The notes beneath the pieces are model-generated. The model did no database searches. It saw only the letters and a program-made list of their open reading frames with translations, and was not told where the DNA came from. A stretch of DNA of 64,000 nucleotides from Candidatus Hadarchaeota archaeon. GTDB lineage: Archaea > Hadarchaeota > Hadarchaeia > Hadarchaeales > JAGGTB01. Location: contig CAYLJV010000001.1 of assembly GCA_964384105.1 (NCBI GenBank), positions 128,001 through 192,000 on the forward strand. The letters run 5' to 3'. Positions 62,207 through 64,000 of the stretch are shown one piece after another (position 1 is the stretch's first letter; each line of letters starts with the position of its first letter). A program made the position numbers and the translations under genes.

Positions 62207-62869
62207 TCATTCTAGTTCTCTCAGGTAAGTTCTCTCTGTCCCAAAGTTCCTTGCCTTGAGAACCTGTGAGAGATCGAATCCGTAGCGGGATACGGAGGCT
62301 AGGAATGGAATGAGTATGGGAATTTTTCTCTTTGCTCGTTTTAGTGGATTACCACCTTTCTTAAGACCGCGGGAAAGTTGGGCCTCTTCTATTTCTCTGA
62401 ATTTTCTTCTCATCTCTGGAATTAGCTTCATTGTGAGTGAGGAAATAAATGCAAATTTCCAAGGGACTCCCAGTTTTTTCAGCCCGAATTCGAACTCTTC
62501 TGGTGGAGTTGTGACTACTAACCAGGCTGCCGAGAACGCTACGGAAATAAGTCTGGATGCTATCATTATGGATCTTTCAATTCCTCCGGAAGTCACTGCC
62601 AATTCGAATAGTTTCAAGTCTACAGAAGCAAATGTTCTTCCATTGGCGTAGAAAAAGAGATTTATAGTAAACAGTATTGGAACAAGAATTGTTAGTGGGG
62701 ATAGGTAGGAAAATAGCTTTGACAGATAGCGGCCTTTGAGGGATATGATTATTATCACACTTGTTAAGAGTGCCATTACAAGAGTTCTTGAGATTATGAT
62801 AGCTAGAATTATCATTGCTGAGGTGAAGATTATCTTCAATCTCGGATCTATTTTCTTAATTTGAATCAC
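62207..62869 (-). CDS. ecfT: ECF transporter T component
   Basis: IDPRLK, AQLSRG, LKARNF. Confidence 0.88.
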   Translation of the reverse strand: MIQIKKIDPRLKIIFTSAMIILAIIISRTLVMALLTSVIIIISLKGRYLSKLFSYLSPLTILVPILFTINLFFYANGRTFASVDLKLFELAVTSGGIERSIMIASRLISVAFSAAWLVVTTPPEEFEFGLKKLGVPWKFAFISSLTMKLIPEMRRKFREIEEAQLSRGLKKGGNPLKRAKRKIPILIPFLASVSRYGFDLSQVLKARNFGTERTYLRELE

Positions 62870-63614
62870 CTTCTCGAAAAATCTTCAGAGCTTCTTCGAA
62901 ATTTTTTGGAGGATCTATTCCCTTGAATTCTGCCCATTCTACGATTTGGGGAACCTCTAAGCCTGCCTTATTGCAGAGTTCTCGATTCGAGAGAATCGAT
63001 TTAGCATTTTCATCTTTCAGGATTTTTCCGTTTTCTAGAAGGATAACTCTATCCGCAAATTCGTAGGCGAAATCGGAGTTGTGTGTTGAAAGTATTATGG
63101 TCGTCGATTTCTTCAGATATCTTAATAATTCCCCTATTTCCCTCTCGGCTTTTCTGTGTAGGCTTTTGACGGGCTCGTCTAGCACCATTAATTTTTGGAC
63201 TCCTGAAAGTACTGAAGCCATAGAGACCTTTCTCATCTCCCCTGCAGAGAGGGTAAAAGGTGATCGGTCCGCAAGCTCGAGTATATCGAGTTTTGAGAGC
63301 GCTTCTTCAGCTCGTTTCTTGTAGTTTAGATCGAGATTTTTTGGAAAAAACTCTACTTCTTCTCTGACTGTGTTGGCGAAGAAACCATCCTCGGGGTTTT
63401 CTGGAACAAATCCTACAAAACTTTCTTTTCCAACTTCGACCTCCCCTTTTTTTGGATCAAGCAATCCTGCTATCAGTTTTAGAAGAGTGGTTTTACCAGA
63501 ACCGTTTTTTCCCATTAGGGCCGTCAATTCCTCTTGTATTTCTAGAGAGACATCGGATATTGCTACTCTATCAGAATCCTTATATGAGAAGTAGATGTTC
63601 TTCGCTTTAACCAT
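62856..63614 (-). CDS. ECF transporter ATPase
   Basis: GKNGSGKTT, LSAGE, LDEP, STHN. Confidence 0.88.
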   Translation of the reverse strand: MVKAKNIYFSYKDSDRVAISDVSLEIQEELTALMGKNGSGKTTLLKLIAGLLDPKKGEVEVGKESFVGFVPENPEDGFFANTVREEVEFFPKNLDLNYKKRAEEALSKLDILELADRSPFTLSAGEMRKVSMASVLSGVQKLMVLDEPVKSLHRKAEREIGELLRYLKKSTTIILSTHNSDFAYEFADRVILLENGKILKDENAKSILSNRELCNKAGLEVPQIVEWAEFKGIDPPKNFEEALKIFREGDSN

Positions 63615-63999
63615 CTTTTTCCACTTCCGCTTTCAGTTCTAATTCGAGAGGGAGTCGGACCCCCTCAGAGTATAGTTCGGATATGATCTCTTTCGGTTTT
63701 CCCTGATTTCTGATACGCCCGTTCTTCAAGAGTACGATTCGATCAACTATTGGAAATAGATCCTTGATGTCGTGTTCGGCTATTATGAGAGTTTTTTCCT
63801 GTTTTTTTATTTTCTTTATTTGATCTATCATCATTTTCTTGTTTGGAGAATCGAGCATCGAGAGAGGTTCGTCAAGTATCAAGATGTCAGGTTCGGTGAC
63901 CAATACTCCTACAAGAGCTACTTTCGCTGCTTCTCCAGAAGAGAGTTCTTTGGTCTCTCTTTCTAGGAAGTCCGTTAGATTGTAGACTTCAGCGTATTT
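63607..63999 (-). CDS. ECF transporter ATPase, C-terminal part (runs off window end)
   Basis: LSSGE...ILDEPLSMLD...AEHD. Confidence 0.85.
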   Translation of the reverse strand, partial: KYAEVYNLTDFLERETKELSSGEAAKVALVGVLVTEPDILILDEPLSMLDSPNKKMMIDQIKKIKKQEKTLIIAEHDIKDLFPIVDRIVLLKNGRIRNQGKPKEIISELYSEGVRLPLELELKAEVEKDG

Positions 64000-64000
64000 T

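Noticed and set aside
652-63966. Many antisense or overlapping ORFs in the track (e.g. 19969-20541, 49835-50332, 7852-8037)
   Set aside because: They are shadows of well-supported genes or tRNAs on the other strand
1-64000. CRISPR array, rRNA or IS transposase
   Set aside because: No regularly spaced repeats, rRNA signatures or transposase motifs seen

Overview
This is an AT-rich archaeal chromosome segment (TFB, rps8e, NAC, prefoldin beta, Trm1, NucS, archaeal-type tRNAs). The Trk/Kdp K+ systems and haloarchaeal-style regulators fit a halophile, possibly MSBL1/Hadarchaeota-like; that placement is inference only. Most genes are housekeeping: trkA/trkH, sufCB, kdpFABC+USP, tpiA, rpiA, carBA, nfo, smc-scpAB, rlmE, trm1, rnhB, gcvPA/PB and an ECF transporter. 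There are four tRNAs, a toxin-antitoxin islet next to tRNA-Thr, and a ~1.6 kb split-integrase/Fic mini-element at tRNA-Gly. The most notable observations are: (1) a 32-nt bulge-helix-bulge (BHB) intron that interrupts the DEAGR|GP catalytic motif of the protein-coding rnhB gene; (2) a two-intron tRNA-Met whose first intron sits at position 8/9, with a BHB completed by the 5' leader and a duplicate acceptor strand in that leader; (3) a 773-aa SMC with no recognisable hinge in an intact smc-scpA-scpB operon; (4) two paralogous ~300-nt structured non-coding loci sharing a covarying core; and (5) a ~285-nt multi-pseudoknot RNA candidate after rnhB. All calls come from reading the sequence; no searches were run.
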